Source: Chiloscyllium plagiosum (Eukaryota). Taken from it: 63,928 nucleotides of DNA. How positions within the stretch are numbered: the stretch's first letter is position 1; each line of letters starts with the position of its first letter. The translations under genes were made by a program, and so were the position numbers. The notes under the pieces were generated by a model that was not told the origin of the DNA, ran no database searches, and saw nothing but the letters and a program-made list of their open reading frames with translations. Below are positions 38,816 to 50,815 of this stretch, in pieces. The stretch lies in assembly GCF_004010195.1 (NCBI RefSeq), contig NC_057718.1, positions 38,839,263 through 38,903,190 of the forward strand, read 5' to 3'.

Positions 38816-39973
38816 TAAAGTTCACCAGGAAGACATCGACAAAGGTTAAAGGAAGACATTGCAACTACTTAAAAAATGAGGGTAAAGCACTTTTAAGAAT
38901 TTTAACCCAGATTTATCAGCTGAATAAGAATGAAGATTTTCTTGCACAGAATGAAGATGATCAGTATATCCTTCCATGGAAGCCAGGCCAGCATTCATTG
39001 ATTCAGAACATAGTTCTGAAGAAATTGAACAGCTCAAAACTCCAGGATACTTAAAATTTTAAAAAATGGAAGAATTACTTCCATAGAACAGCCATCTTCT
39101 ATGGTGGGCATTCATGAGATTCCCCTATGATGTCATGGGGTAGCTACCTGAATCAGCAGGGAAGAGTTCCTCTGTAAAGGAAATTCTTGAAATTCAGGGT
39201 TCTTCTGATAGACAATTGACAAACTACTAAGTTTAGTAGGAACACTACCCTCTGTGAATGACATCCAAGGAGAGAAAGCATCCCTCCCACAATAAAATGA
39301 TTTCCAGACTGATTGAGGTTAAGATTAGAATCACGGTCAAAGACTTACTAATCTTCCAAATTTTCAAGAGGACATTTTTGGGAAGAATTGTGAAATCTCC
39401 AGAGTGCTTGAATTGGTGAAATCAGAGACTTTGGGGAAGATGGGTTAGTTGTGAATGCAATTGTGGCCTGAATGTATAAGCGTTAACTATGCGGATAAAG
39501 AGTTTGTGGGGAGATGTTGTACAAAATAATTATTCTGAATGGGTTAATGTTGGAACCTACATTAAGCTCTATCCATCTGTTGATGTTATACCATGTTTGG
39601 AAATAGAGGAGTCTAGCTTGAGGTCCTGATGGAGACAGATGTGTCACCTTGTCTCCTGATAATTTTACTAATGTCAAACTAGTCAATGTAACTTGTACCC
39701 ATTGCTAACATGCAAAAAACTATATCTTGTGAAGACAAATGCTTATTCTTATTAAGATGTACTCATTAAGCCTCTACCACTGTGAACTTAACAGGTCCTT
39801 AGACTCAATATATTAAGGAGAATTTGTGTCTTGTGATACAGTGTTAGATTCTCTGCCTTTGGGCCAGTTAGGGCGGGTTTGAGTCTCACTCTGACTGAAC
39901 AGGTTAATTTAAACAGTTAGAAAGGAAGATGCTCTGTTTAGATTTTTTAATAAAACTGATTTTAAATTTTTAG

Positions 39974-40285
39974 TTGCATTTCAGCCCAATTTTCTTAATC
40001 TATTGGCACACCATATGGAGGGGCACAGGGAGGTTGGAGCACCTCCTCATGGGTCTGTTCCTGAGTATGGCTAAAGTGACCGTGAACAGAACCAGGCAGT
40101 GGGCTGTGGACGGAGTTGTCACACCTGACTGTTTACCCTTCTGTGGTAACATTCACGGTCAGATTGTCCATAGGCAGAGAGCACATGGAGTCCACCAGCA
40201 AAATAAATGCCTTTAGAGACCATGAGGTCCCATAGGGACTGGCATTTTTCATTACCCTGGTAATGATATTTTGCTTTAGATTTGA
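39974..40285 (+). mobile_element. Tx1-type LINE ORF2 C-terminal fragment (second family, old)
   Basis: LHFSPIFLIYWH..RLEHLLMGLFLSMAKVTVNRTRQWAVDGVVTPDCLPF resembles the Tx1 ORF2 C-terminus (LLLGLAKxAIxxSR). Confidence 0.65.
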
Positions 40286-40573
40286 TAAGTTTGGTTTGGT
40301 CTTCTGACTTCATGTAAACAATGCTCCAATAGAGGTTATTTAAAAGTAGAAAGGTGAATTCTCCAGTCAGATTAAAGCTGCTTTTAAATCTTTGATTGCA
40401 TTTTATCTTCACACTCCTGAGCTCGGGCAAGGTAGTCAGCAACAGTTTCACATGGTGGACCATGGTGGGGATCGTAGCTGCCCGTCTTCCATGGTCATGA
40501 CAGCACTTGAGTGTCCGTGCAGCAGAAGCACATGGAGGCGGAAATGATACCTTTAGGGACTGGTGAACAGGAG

Positions 40574-40619
40574 ATGGGTGCATTGTTACTCTTTACAATG
40601 ATATTTCAATTGAACGTTG
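40574..40619 (+). CDS. Candidate signal-peptide (leader) exon, unverified
   Basis: gagATGG Kozak-like start, MGALLLFTMIFQLNV, phase-1 donor G|gtaagt. Confidence 0.2.
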
Positions 40620-42334
40620 GTAAGTTTCCTATGTACATTTCCCTTGATGTTTGATCTTTTGTTCCCCTCCAAGGGCTGTCAAATGTGTTCAATGTTTATA
40701 TAAAAGCACAGAAAGAAAAATAGCTGACAGCACTCTACCCCATAACAGCCTGGATTGATACTTTCCTTGAAGGTTTACATCTCAAAATCATCATTTGGAT
40801 GATGTATCAATGATCCAACCTGGAACTACCTCTCAGCTTAGTATGAGTTGTTGTCTATTAGAACAGTGAGCTAAACTGAAAAGAGGAGTATTGAAAGAAA
40901 AAACTTCAAAACCTATGATTGAAAGGTTGAATCACTACTCCTAGCTCAGATACCAGGTTCTCTAGTAGAATACATCTGAAAAATCTTCTTTGATGTTACA
41001 AAGCCTGCTCCAATCATTTACTTGTCTGTTGTCTCTTCAGGTAAATTATTGATGAAAATGTTCTTTCAAAAATGCCTGCTATGTTTAACACAATTTTATT
41101 TATTGAATGACATTCTGCATCTGAACTGTGGCTCTTCTATTTTTATTATTTATTAGCATTCTTATTATTGAGAAAAAAAATGAGGGTCTATGCCAGCAAA
41201 GCACTAGAAGACTAGGAAATGAGGAAATAGTAATACCAAACTCAAAACAACTAGACTGCTTAACAGGTTCACAATATTATCTGTTTGGGCCTACTCTTCC
41301 CTTCATGGCTGGGTAGATAAGTTTTTTTTAAATTAGTAAATAGCACCTTCTAAATAATGTTTTGGTTGGATAAGTCAAATAAAGACAACATTTTTGTCAT
41401 TCTAAAGTATAAAACGTATGTGGTTTTCCTTGAAGTTTTTTTTTCCATTTACTTCAATGGTTATGTGCACAGTTTACAATAAATAGTAAATTATAGCTTC
41501 CCTGTTGTCTCAGTGGGAAAACACTTTAATGATGCAATGTTGAACTACACACACCAGGTTCAATCTAGGGTCTGTGCTATGTTAGCTATTTTCAATCAGT
41601 CCTATATTGGGATACTACAAATATCTATAGTATATATTTATAGTATAGCATACCCAGGCTAATGAGTGAGGAAGAGAGATTGATCAAAATTTTCTCCCCT
41701 GCTAATTTCACGAAGATCTGTGTAGGATCATGTGCATGGACATTGAGGACAGGTCAGTGCTGCCTCCCACTGTCAAAATGATTTTTGAAACTTGTGACTC
41801 ACAATCATGGACTCATGAGAAGCCTTTTCCATGGGTGGTTCATTATCATATATTAGGAATCATGCTCTGGTTAATATTTGAAAACGTTGTGAGTAATGTG
41901 CACATGAATTTTTGCTTATGTTGCCAATGGACAATGCTCAGGCATGATCCAGGGCAAGAGAAATGAGATGAGTGTAAATAAAGGATACTTACATGTATTT
42001 ATCAGCTTTCATGACATCAGAATTTCTTAAAGCTCCTAAACTTGGGAAGTGTATTCTTAACTGTAATGTAAGAAGTGCAGCAGTCTGATCCCCCAATCGG
42101 CAATTTGATAACCACCACAAAATGTTGACATAATGCAAATTTCAAAGGAATAATGAGAGAGTTTATGTGAAGTATTGATTTGAAAACTACAGTTCTGGCA
42201 GTTTTAAAGTCAAGCCTGGCGAATAGCATTTATTTTAAAATACATCTTTTCTAGACTTCTGGCATTCTTGAGAAGTTATGAATTTTGACTTCAACTGAAT
42301 TTTATTATCTTCTTTGCCACTTGATTGAGACAAT

Positions 42335-45300
42335 GGGTTCAACTTTACCAGAAATAGCTAAGTGTTAATGTCAGTGGGTTCCCCTTCTTGAGCCCTAATG
42401 GGTTTTCTCACGCTAGCTTCCCAAACTAGCTAGCTTCATTATCTATGCTCTGTGCCCTTTTGGTGTGTCATAGTCTCCGACTTGCCATGAAGTGAAGTAC
42501 TGGGCATCTCTGGGACATCCTGGGATTTTAGGCAGTGGTGCCATATCTAAACTACAGTTACGTACCAGATTAAATGCTCAGTCTGGAGCTGCCTTGCCCA
42601 GTTCATATCATTTGCTGTAAATGAAGATTGACTTCCATCTCCATGGGCAGGAACCTGGGGATCTTGTTGGACATGGAGGTGCAGAGGAGAGCTGTCCTCT
42701 TACCCCAAAACTGACAGAAGGGACCACACCCCCAGACTCTGCCAGCTTGGTCCAATGCTGCCATCAGATCAGTTCTATTTCAATGGTACAGAGGAAAGTC
42801 TAGCAGTGCTGCAAGAAGATCAGCAACATTCTCTATTCCATTAGGTTAAGTGCCACCATCTTCTATCTGCTGCATCATAGTGACTCTATCTCTACTCCTC
42901 TTCTTACCTCCCACCAGAACTCATGGTCTATAACAACATATTCACTCATTTTCTCTTACCCACCTAATCTACTTAGACTGCCAATGCTTCATGACCCCTA
43001 TGCTGCCTGCTCACTCACTTGGGACATCTCACCACCTTTACATCACTTGCGCCACGCTACCAGTGGTACCACATATTTTCATCTCAGTTAATCCCTCCCT
43101 TTGTCTCATTCTGTGAGAAAATAGTACAATATAGTGGAAAGAGCCAGGAAGGATGTTGGGGTATCTGACATTTGACCCCTCATCCGCTATAGGGAGAGAT
43201 CCTGGCCTTGGCTGGTGAGAACTATAACTGTTTTGAATAGTGATCCTATAATCTCCATGTGCCAGCAACTCAGTAAGAAATATTGTCCATTGCCATGCTA
43301 CTCTCCCATTACCACCACTGTGAATGTACTCTTAACATGCCTAAACTTCTATTCCTTTCCTTGTGACACATTCTCTCTTTTGTTTCCTGACAGCACTTCT
43401 GCACGATTTCTGCATTATCTTGGCAACCAAATTAAAGGCCCCCAAAATCATCCCCTCTTCCACGTCTGAGGAAGGAGCCACAGATCACTTAGAGGATACA
43501 ACTAGACTGCCTCCTGCACCCTCCACTAGCTCAGATACAGATACTACATTGGTTATTTTTTCAAGGTTAGAGTCAGGAATAGCTGCTGGTGAGCACATCA
43601 CTGCAATGTCTCTGCATCACTCAAGGAGGAAATGCCCCAGGTCGCTGGCACTCAGGAACCTGCTCGACCCTAAGCAAGAGAGGACCCTATGGTGTTGGCA
43701 ATTCAGAAGTTCATTACAATGTACAAGCTGATACAGGTTGTCATCGGTTGGAGGACTCCACAAATGCTGTTTGCACTATGCAGTCTCTGACATGTGAGGG
43801 ACTTACTGTATCCTTTGACAAGTTGGTGACTATTATTGAGAGCCAGATTCAACACCACTTGTTGTTTATTTGGTATACGCATGGTCCTGCACTTCATCAC
43901 TTTAGCCTTTGGTGCTCAGCACCAATGGCAAGGCAACAAGGGGTTCTTGAAGGATCTTGAGCTCACTTCAGGTATCCGTTCCTCACCAGGAGAGACAGCT
44001 ATGCCAGTTGGCATCCAGCTAGAGGAGGAACCTCTCAAGGCACTCCAGAGTTGGCTATTTCTTCACTCCATTCTTTTCATTCCTCATCCCTGTGGAAGTT
44101 CAAGCTGAGAAGGGTGCACCGGTCTCTGGACAGGACAGACTCAGCATGTCTGTACCCTTTAACCATATTTGCCCCGAGTTGCCTATCTAAAACACCAAGG
44201 CTAGAAGTCTCCATGTAGAATAGGCTCACTCCATCTAATCTGTGTGCCCTGGCACTGTACTGAGATGCAATGGTAGTGAAGGGAAGAAAACCTTCTGAGG
44301 GCACATAGGTAGTATTGGTCTCACTCCATTGCAAATACTTTCTCACATTTGTAAATATATGTTAACGCTTCATCTTCAGCAATGTGACTGGAATATTTAT
44401 CTAGCAGCAGCTACAAGATTGAATGTTCAGAGCTAACCATCCTTAGTGCGACATGAGGTTATACGGTCCAACACGTGAAGCGAGGAGTTCTTGCACCACA
44501 TGCAAACTATGGGAACTTGAGAACTTCTGCGTGAAATGATCAAGAGAGCTTGGGGCAAGGATTTGCAGGTTAATGCCTAAGGTTCACATACAGCATGGAG
44601 TGCTCACAGGTTTCTTACACCTGCACTGAATGGGTGTCAATGTGTCATGCTGTTGACCTTTGAATGGCCTCATATCACCTGAAAGTGAAGCCTTCTTCTT
44701 CGCATAGCGAAACGCTCACCCATCCAACATTAATCCCTGCGTGGCCATGTGGCTGTGCAGCCACTGGGAGGTTATGACACGCCAATCCATGTGCTGACAC
44801 AGTGGCTTCCACCTGGGGAAGCTGTAGCTGCGCACACACCTTGGAGGTTCAGCAGACAAAAATATTACAGGGAACGTCGCTGTCCTCTCCTGCTGTGATA
44901 GCAGCCATTTTCAGATCTATTGCACATTTGCTGTTTGCATCTTGATGGAAGGAAATAGCAATTATGCTTCGTGCAGTGAATCTTAGTCTCAGTCTGTTAC
45001 CCTGGCGAACCCTCAAATGTACACATTCCCTTCTTTGTAGACATCATTGTCAGCCCCTTGGCTTTGAAGTTCCTCATATACCCAAAAAAACTGCCTTTCC
45101 ATTGGGATTCATTTCCCCATTTTACCCCAAGCCTAAGGAATATTGAGTCACCATGCTAGACATAGTTGTACATTGTCCATGGTGGGGCTGGCTGTTGTCC
45201 CTTTCTCTCCTATATTTTGTTGACTTCCCCAGCCCCTGTTTTTGTTAAGTTCCCCTACTTCCTTCCTGTGGCAATAGCCCCGATAGCCCCCTTTATTCTT

Positions 45301-46250
45301 TAGTGGATGGACCCAGAGAATGGCCCATGCCTCGCCTCCTTGACCAACTTCGACTGGCAATCCTGGCTGATCTCTGTGCATCTCAAATCACCAACATTCC
45401 ACAATTCCTCAGACTGTTTGCCCTGGATCCACAATAGAGGTATAGATCCCTGACCCTGACCAGCCAAATGACTGCGTCCAAGCCTCCAAGCAATATCAGA
45501 GGCTGTCCTCGACTAAATGTGCTGAGACCCCTTGGCTGAAGAGTTCTTCCTTGTCTTGAATGAGGACTACTCCCATCAGAATTTCAGACATGACTATTTC
45601 GTTGAAGAACATGCAATGTGTTTGTCATGTACATGGCAGGCATATGATGCAGGTTGAGGTTGATTTTGGTGCTGTATAGCAACATGCCCACCCCCTCTAT
45701 TTAATCATGCTGGCTACCATGACAAGCTGTCCAGCTTTGTGTCGGCACTACAAAGCATGGCAAGCCAAAAGTACTGTAAACCTGTAAGCCCTGGCTGAGC
45801 TGGCAAAGTGCAAAAAGGCAAGGTGAGGCAGGAATATTGTGCTCATCCAAATAGGTCAAAGTGAGTGACTGCTAAAAGCGTCAGCAAGGATCCCTGAGTC
45901 AGACCCTGGTGCAATCCATGGAATAGTCTGTCCTGCGAGCAAAGTGGCCTTTCAGGAGTATTGTAGTAAATGCCGACATGCTCCAAAGTGCAGAATGGAA
46001 GAGCAAACTCTCTTGGCAAATAGATAAAAGATGTGCCTTGAGGATGCCAATGCCATGCAAGGGAGTCAGGAAGTGAGTTTGTGTGCATCGCTGGCCACAC
46101 AGTGTGTCCTGAGATGTTGATGACTGGTATCCAAGTTGGGGGTCTTGAGCAGTAAGCAATATGCTGAAGTCACCAGGTAGCTGCTTGGACTTTCATGTTG
46201 CCATTTAACTCTTATTTGGTGGGAGGGAGAATGTAAAACTGCATGTCAAC
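42335..46250. mobile_element. Highly decayed PIF/Harbinger element: Myb/SANT gene on plus (about 42640-43900) and possible transposase remnants on minus (about 44400-44960)
   Basis: Plus 42650-42845: LGILLDMEVQRRAVLLPQN*..QTLPAWS / ISSISMVQRKV*QCCKKISNILYSIR followed by a gttaagt donor; minus: weak SFPQV and INVGWVS similarity; boundaries approximate. Confidence 0.5.
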
Positions 46251-48145
46251 ACGAGTACTTATGCTACAGTTGTTAGCATAGTTCATTTTCACTTATTGAG
46301 CTTTCACCTTTAAAAGTGTAAATTAACTTCAGATGATACAAGACCTAAGAGCACAATCTAGGAAATGAAAGACAAGCGTATAACCGCTAAATTACAAAAT
46401 GACTTGAACCCACTAACTTGTGACCAAAAAGCAGGAGTTCAAGCATTAAGCCAGGGCTAAATTTAAACGCACTTACCTAGAACCCAGAAGGGAAGGTTGC
46501 AGCTCAGCAAGCCACAACAGGACTTAAATCCACAAACTTGTGATCCAAAGATAAGAGAGCTGCCTGCAAAATGACAGTGTTGTGCATTGAAATTAGCAGC
46601 TTTCTCCACTTCCCATTAAAGTAAAGCTTTTACCATTTGGAAAATTGCGTAGAGTACCTCAGTAACTGAATTCTTAAAGAGTGAGTTAAATTCAATGTTC
46701 CTTCATTTCCACAAGTTGGTTGTTTGAAAGGGTTGCAGATCAGTGAAGATTATAACCCTATCTTAGATATATTCTTAAAAGGGTGGGCAAGATTTCTGAA
46801 TATTTCTTATTGCTCCAGTGTCTCTAAATTTTGATGAGCCTGTTTATCAGATTCCAAACTCCACCCATTCCACTACATTCAGATCCAAAATGTGTGTTAT
46901 ATAATCACAATTGTAAAGAACTAAATATTTGATGATCCGATGTATCTAGCCTTACATAAATTCCATAGACCCTGGATCTTCTAATGGCATATTAAATCCT
47001 TTGGGTGTGTAGATAAAACTGAATTTTGAATTTCAAGCTCCAGCATGCTCATGTTTTATATTTTGTTAATTTTTGTGAGTGCATAATATCCCTTGATTTT
47101 TCTCAGCAGGCCGCACACCTCCTACGACTCTGCAACCTGCTCTTATCTCTTCCAGTGCTCTGCGGTGGTTGCTAAGAGGCTCAGATTATTGTGCCTGCCC
47201 GGCGTCCCTGTGAGGACTCTCTAGACACTATTTGGCAGTTCTTCAAATAATCTTGTTGAAATAAAAATTAGAAATGAAATATTATTCATTTGAAACAATG
47301 CTCAATAGCTTGATTATTTTGTACTTTGTGTAATTTCATTGAATGTTAGATGTAGTGTTAAAAGCCTCAGTGTGGCCTCTTAGCACCCATAAAAACGAAA
47401 ATGTTTTCTTTCAATTTCCGCTTGGAAATGTCTCCTTTGGGTGTGGATAGTGTGCTGTCTGACAGGAATGCAACATGTTGGACACAAAGAAGTGAAAATA
47501 TTATGCAAGCATATACCTGAAATGCACATCTCTTCCAAAGCCTTTCCATCTATCAGCTTTCAGTATTCTTGGCCACTAGCAACTGTCTCCCAGTTGTCAA
47601 TTCATCTTTTCATACTCCATTTTCAATATCCTTGTAGTGGAGAAATGGATACCTAGGAGTTTGAGACTTAGTGATCATTTCACTGGATAGAGGTCTTGTC
47701 ATCCATCTGCCAAATGTGACCAAGACAATGCAAACTTCCTTGGCAGAGCAATAAGTGTATGGCGATTGAATTAGAATGGAGCTCTGAGTGGGTAACCTTG
47801 AGCAGATAAGATAAAATGAGGAAGTCTGAGACAGTGAAAGGTAGGAATTAACAGCCTTTTGTCCTGCCTAGTATATGTTGTCCAGATCTTGCCATTGTAA
47901 AGGAGTTTTTGGAGAACATGGGCTTGGTAGACCTGTAGTTTAGTTTAGGTTGCTCTTGTTCCACCCTCTCTTACTCAGTGTGAATGTAACTAGTGCAGCT
48001 TTTATGATGTATGTGTTGAGTTTGGCAACAAGTAACAGATTGTTTGTAATTATGAAGCCCAGATATGTGAAGCTATGTCACATTGAAAAATGCTGATCAA
48101 TCATGGGTGGAAACATGCTGACCATGATGTTTTTCTTCCTTGCAG

Positions 48146-48168
48146 TTGACGGTCAAACTAAACTCTTT
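48146..48168 (+). CDS. Candidate 23-nt microexon, unverified
   Basis: ttttcttccttgcag|TTGACGGTCAAACTAAACTCTTT|gtaagt; near-consensus splice sites on both sides. Confidence 0.25.
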
Positions 48169-48320
48169 GTAAGTATAGGAGAATCTGTATATTTGCAGTT
48201 GAAGGCATTTTTTGATACGGAATGATGGTTTGGCAACATCAGTGTAGATCAACTTTCTGGGGACTTGGCAGGTCTTTGTTTTGTCTTTCAGATGACCAAG
48301 GCTGAACAGCTTTCCATCAG

Positions 48321-48579
48321 GCGGAAGTGAGGACTGTAGATGCTGGAGATTACAGTCGAGAGTGTGGTGCTGGAAAAGAACAGCAGGTCAGGCAGCATCT
48401 GAGGAGCAGGAAAATCAACATTTTGGACAAAAGCCCTTCATTGGGAATGAGGCTGGGAGCCTTTCCATTGCCGAGGCTCCCAGCCTCAATCTTGATTCAG
48501 GGCTTTTGCCCGAAACATCGATTTTCCTGCTCCTCAGATGCTGCCTGACCTGCTGTGCTTTTCCATTCCCACACTCTTG
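48321..48579. mobile_element. Fold-back Penelope pLTR derivative
   Basis: Inverted arms with degenerate hammerhead stems (gggcttttgcccgaaac at about 48500); TSD acagctttccatcag (48306-48320) / acagcatttcatcag (48580-48594). Confidence 0.85.
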
Positions 48580-48708
48580 ACAGCATTTCATCAGTTCTTT
48601 TGCATAAATAGACACCTCAGTAGATGATCTAAAGTGCTGGAAGTATAACAACCTATACTTCATACAATATCTTCTAATGAAGGAATAACTTCTAATGTGC
48701 TTCACCAG

Positions 48709-48789
48709 ACAAAGGAAGAAACAGAATCTGGACATATTCATGGGGAGGTTAGCAAAGAATTGAAGGTGGAACGGATCCCTCAAACAAAG
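48709..48789 (+). CDS. Candidate 81-nt exon, unverified
   Basis: cttcaccag|..|gtatat; open phase-0 frame TKEETESGHIHGEVSKELKVERIPQTK; purine-rich. Confidence 0.2.
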
Positions 48790-49366
48790 GTATATGAATA
48801 TTCTTCATAGTTTAAGACATAAAATGAGAAAAGATAAAAGTTTTTTTTAAATCTCCAGCATTTATAAAATGTAATTATTAACTGAAATACAGATATATCA
48901 GAGTGTTAGGTAAAGTTATGACCCCCAGAATTAGTAGTCTTTTGATGACTGCAACGGTATAAAAAGACAAAGGTTGTGTTACTGTGTAATGTTTTCCTGT
49001 ATCATTTTTCAATAAAACCTGATTCATTTAATGAAGGTGTTTGGCACTTAAATGTTGGATTGAATAAGAAAGCAAATAGGAATTTTCCCGTGTGACAAAA
49101 ATTAAATACTTCTTATTCATTTTAGTTTGATTTCTTTTACATATGGGGTTAGTAAACAAAATTAACAATTTCTGTGCTATCTTAGCTGCTTATTGAAATT
49201 CGAGAATATGTACTATAACATGCTAAAGGAAGGCAAAACACTCCAAATGCTGAAAATCTTAAAGAACAGAAAATGCTGGCAGCTAGTTGAGCAGCATTTG
49301 TGGAGACATGAAACAGGGGCAATGGGAAGACTTTTCAATCTCTGGAGGAGGCAGGAATGAAAGCAG

Positions 49367-50253
49367 AGTCTAGATTAGAGTGGTGCTGGAAAAGCACAGC
49401 AGGTCAGGCAGCATCCGAGGAGCAGGAAAATCGACGTTTCGGGCAAAAGCCCTTCATCAGGAATAGAGGTAGGGTGCCCTCAGAGTGGAGAAATAAATGA
49501 GTGAAGTCCACATTGATGCCCTGGGGTTGAAGTGTTCCGAGGCGGAAGATGAGGTGTTCTTCCTCTAGGCGTTGGGTGGTGAGGGAGCGGCGGTGGAGGA
49601 GGTCCAGGATCTGCATGTCCTTGGCAGAGTGGGAGGGGGAGTTGAAATGTTGGGCCACACAGCAGTGGGGTTGATTGGTGCGGGTGTCCCAGAGATGTTC
49701 CCTAAAGCGCTCTGCTAGGAGGTGTCCAGTCTCCCCAATGTAGAGGAGCCTGCATCAGGAGCAACGGATACAATAAATGACATTGTTGGATGTGCAGGTA
49801 AAACTTTGATGGATGTGGAAGGCTCCTTTGGGGCCATGGATGGAGGTGAGGGAGGAGGTGTGGGCGCAGGTTTTGCAATTTCTACGGTGGCAGGGGAGGG
49901 TGCCAGGAAGGGAGAGTGGGTTGTTGGGGGGGTTTGGCCTGACCAGGTAGTCACGGAGAGAATGGTCTTTGCAAAAAGCGGAAATGGGTGGGGAAGGAAA
50001 TATATCCCTGGTGGTGGCGTCCGTTTGGAGGTGGCAGAAATGTCGTCAGATGATGTGGTTTATGCGAAGGTTGGTAGGGTGGAAGGTCAGCACCAGGGGT
50101 GTTCTGTCCTTGTTATGGTTGGAGGGATGGAGGTTGGAGGGGTGGAGTTTGAGGGTGGAGATGCGGGATGTGGACAAGATGCGTTGGGGGGCATCTTTAA
50201 CCAAGTGGGAATGGAAATTGCGGTCTCTAAAGAAGGAGGCCATCTGGTGTGTC
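49367..50253 (-). mobile_element. 5'-truncated Penelope-like retroelement: linker, GIY-YIG endonuclease remnant and pLTR
   Basis: DRTPLVLTFHPTNLRINHII; NVIYCIRCS*CRLLYIGETG (GIY-YIG); AQHFNSPSHS..RLEEEHLIFRLGTLQPQGINVDF; perfect 15-bp TSD caggaatgaaagcag (49352-49366 / 50254-50268). Confidence 0.92.
49429..49466 (-). ncRNA. Minimal type I hammerhead ribozyme motif in the PLE pLTR (best-preserved copy)
   Basis: Minus strand: attc-CTGATGA-a-GGGC-tttt-GCCC-GAAA-CG-TC-gatt; intact catalytic core, 4-bp helix II, ACGT palindrome in place of helix III, GUC cleavage triplet; helix I is weak. Confidence 0.75.
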
Positions 50254-50584
50254 CAGGAATGAAAGCAGGCATACCCATACATTTCTGACACTATCAGCAT
50301 GCTAGTTTGCCAGTATGTTTTGTGCCACTACAGAACATGACATTTTTAACATTAGGCTATGGTTACTGACTAACAAGTGGCAAGTAGCAAATTAACTATA
50401 TTAACGGGCCTATTAAATACATTATCCACAATTGACTGGAACTTTCCATTACACAGATAAAGTCAACACCTTCCACCACACCGTCCTCCCCAACCCCTGC
50501 CTGCCCCCCTGTGGTGATGGGAACCTAACAGGGAGGTAGCCTCCATCTGGTAGGGCTACTGCCATCTCAGTGCTGGAAGACCTT

Positions 50585-50815
50585 CTAGATATTTTCTAAA
50601 CAACTTTTTCAAAGATGTTATTCCACAACTTGAACCCAGGCCTCCTAGTGCGCCACAAGCTAAAATGCTCAGTAAGACCCTCAGTCACCTAGTTTTAGAT
50701 ATTTTCGAAACAATCTGTTCAGACATGCTGTCACATCTGCTGGAGCAGGTGGGACTGAAACCTGGGTCTCCTGGCTCAGGGGTAGGGATATTACAACTGC
50801 ACCACAAGAGCCTTC
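50585..50815 (-). mobile_element. Two tandem degenerate tRNA-derived SINE fragments; related copies at about 39825-39915 and 60895-60941 plus 61640-61690
   Basis: Repeated tagatattttc..aaacaa starts; minus-strand tRNA-like box sequence ggtgcagttgtaatatccctacccctgagccaggagacccaggtttcagtccc. Confidence 0.55.

Noticed and set aside
40574..41200. Immunoglobulin or TCR V gene, suggested by the 46-nt phase-1 leader-like exon
   Set aside because: No V-domain exon (conserved Cys/Trp, YYC) or recombination signal sequence was found downstream.
46477..46563. 87-nt minus-strand exon with strong splice sites
   Set aside because: Overlaps tRNA-SINE-like sequence repeated locally (gacttgaacccac / gacttaaatccac), and its phase does not fit the neighbouring candidates.
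49722..50288. 188-aa Gly/Val-rich plus-strand ORF
   Set aside because: Antisense to the Penelope-like ORF remnant.
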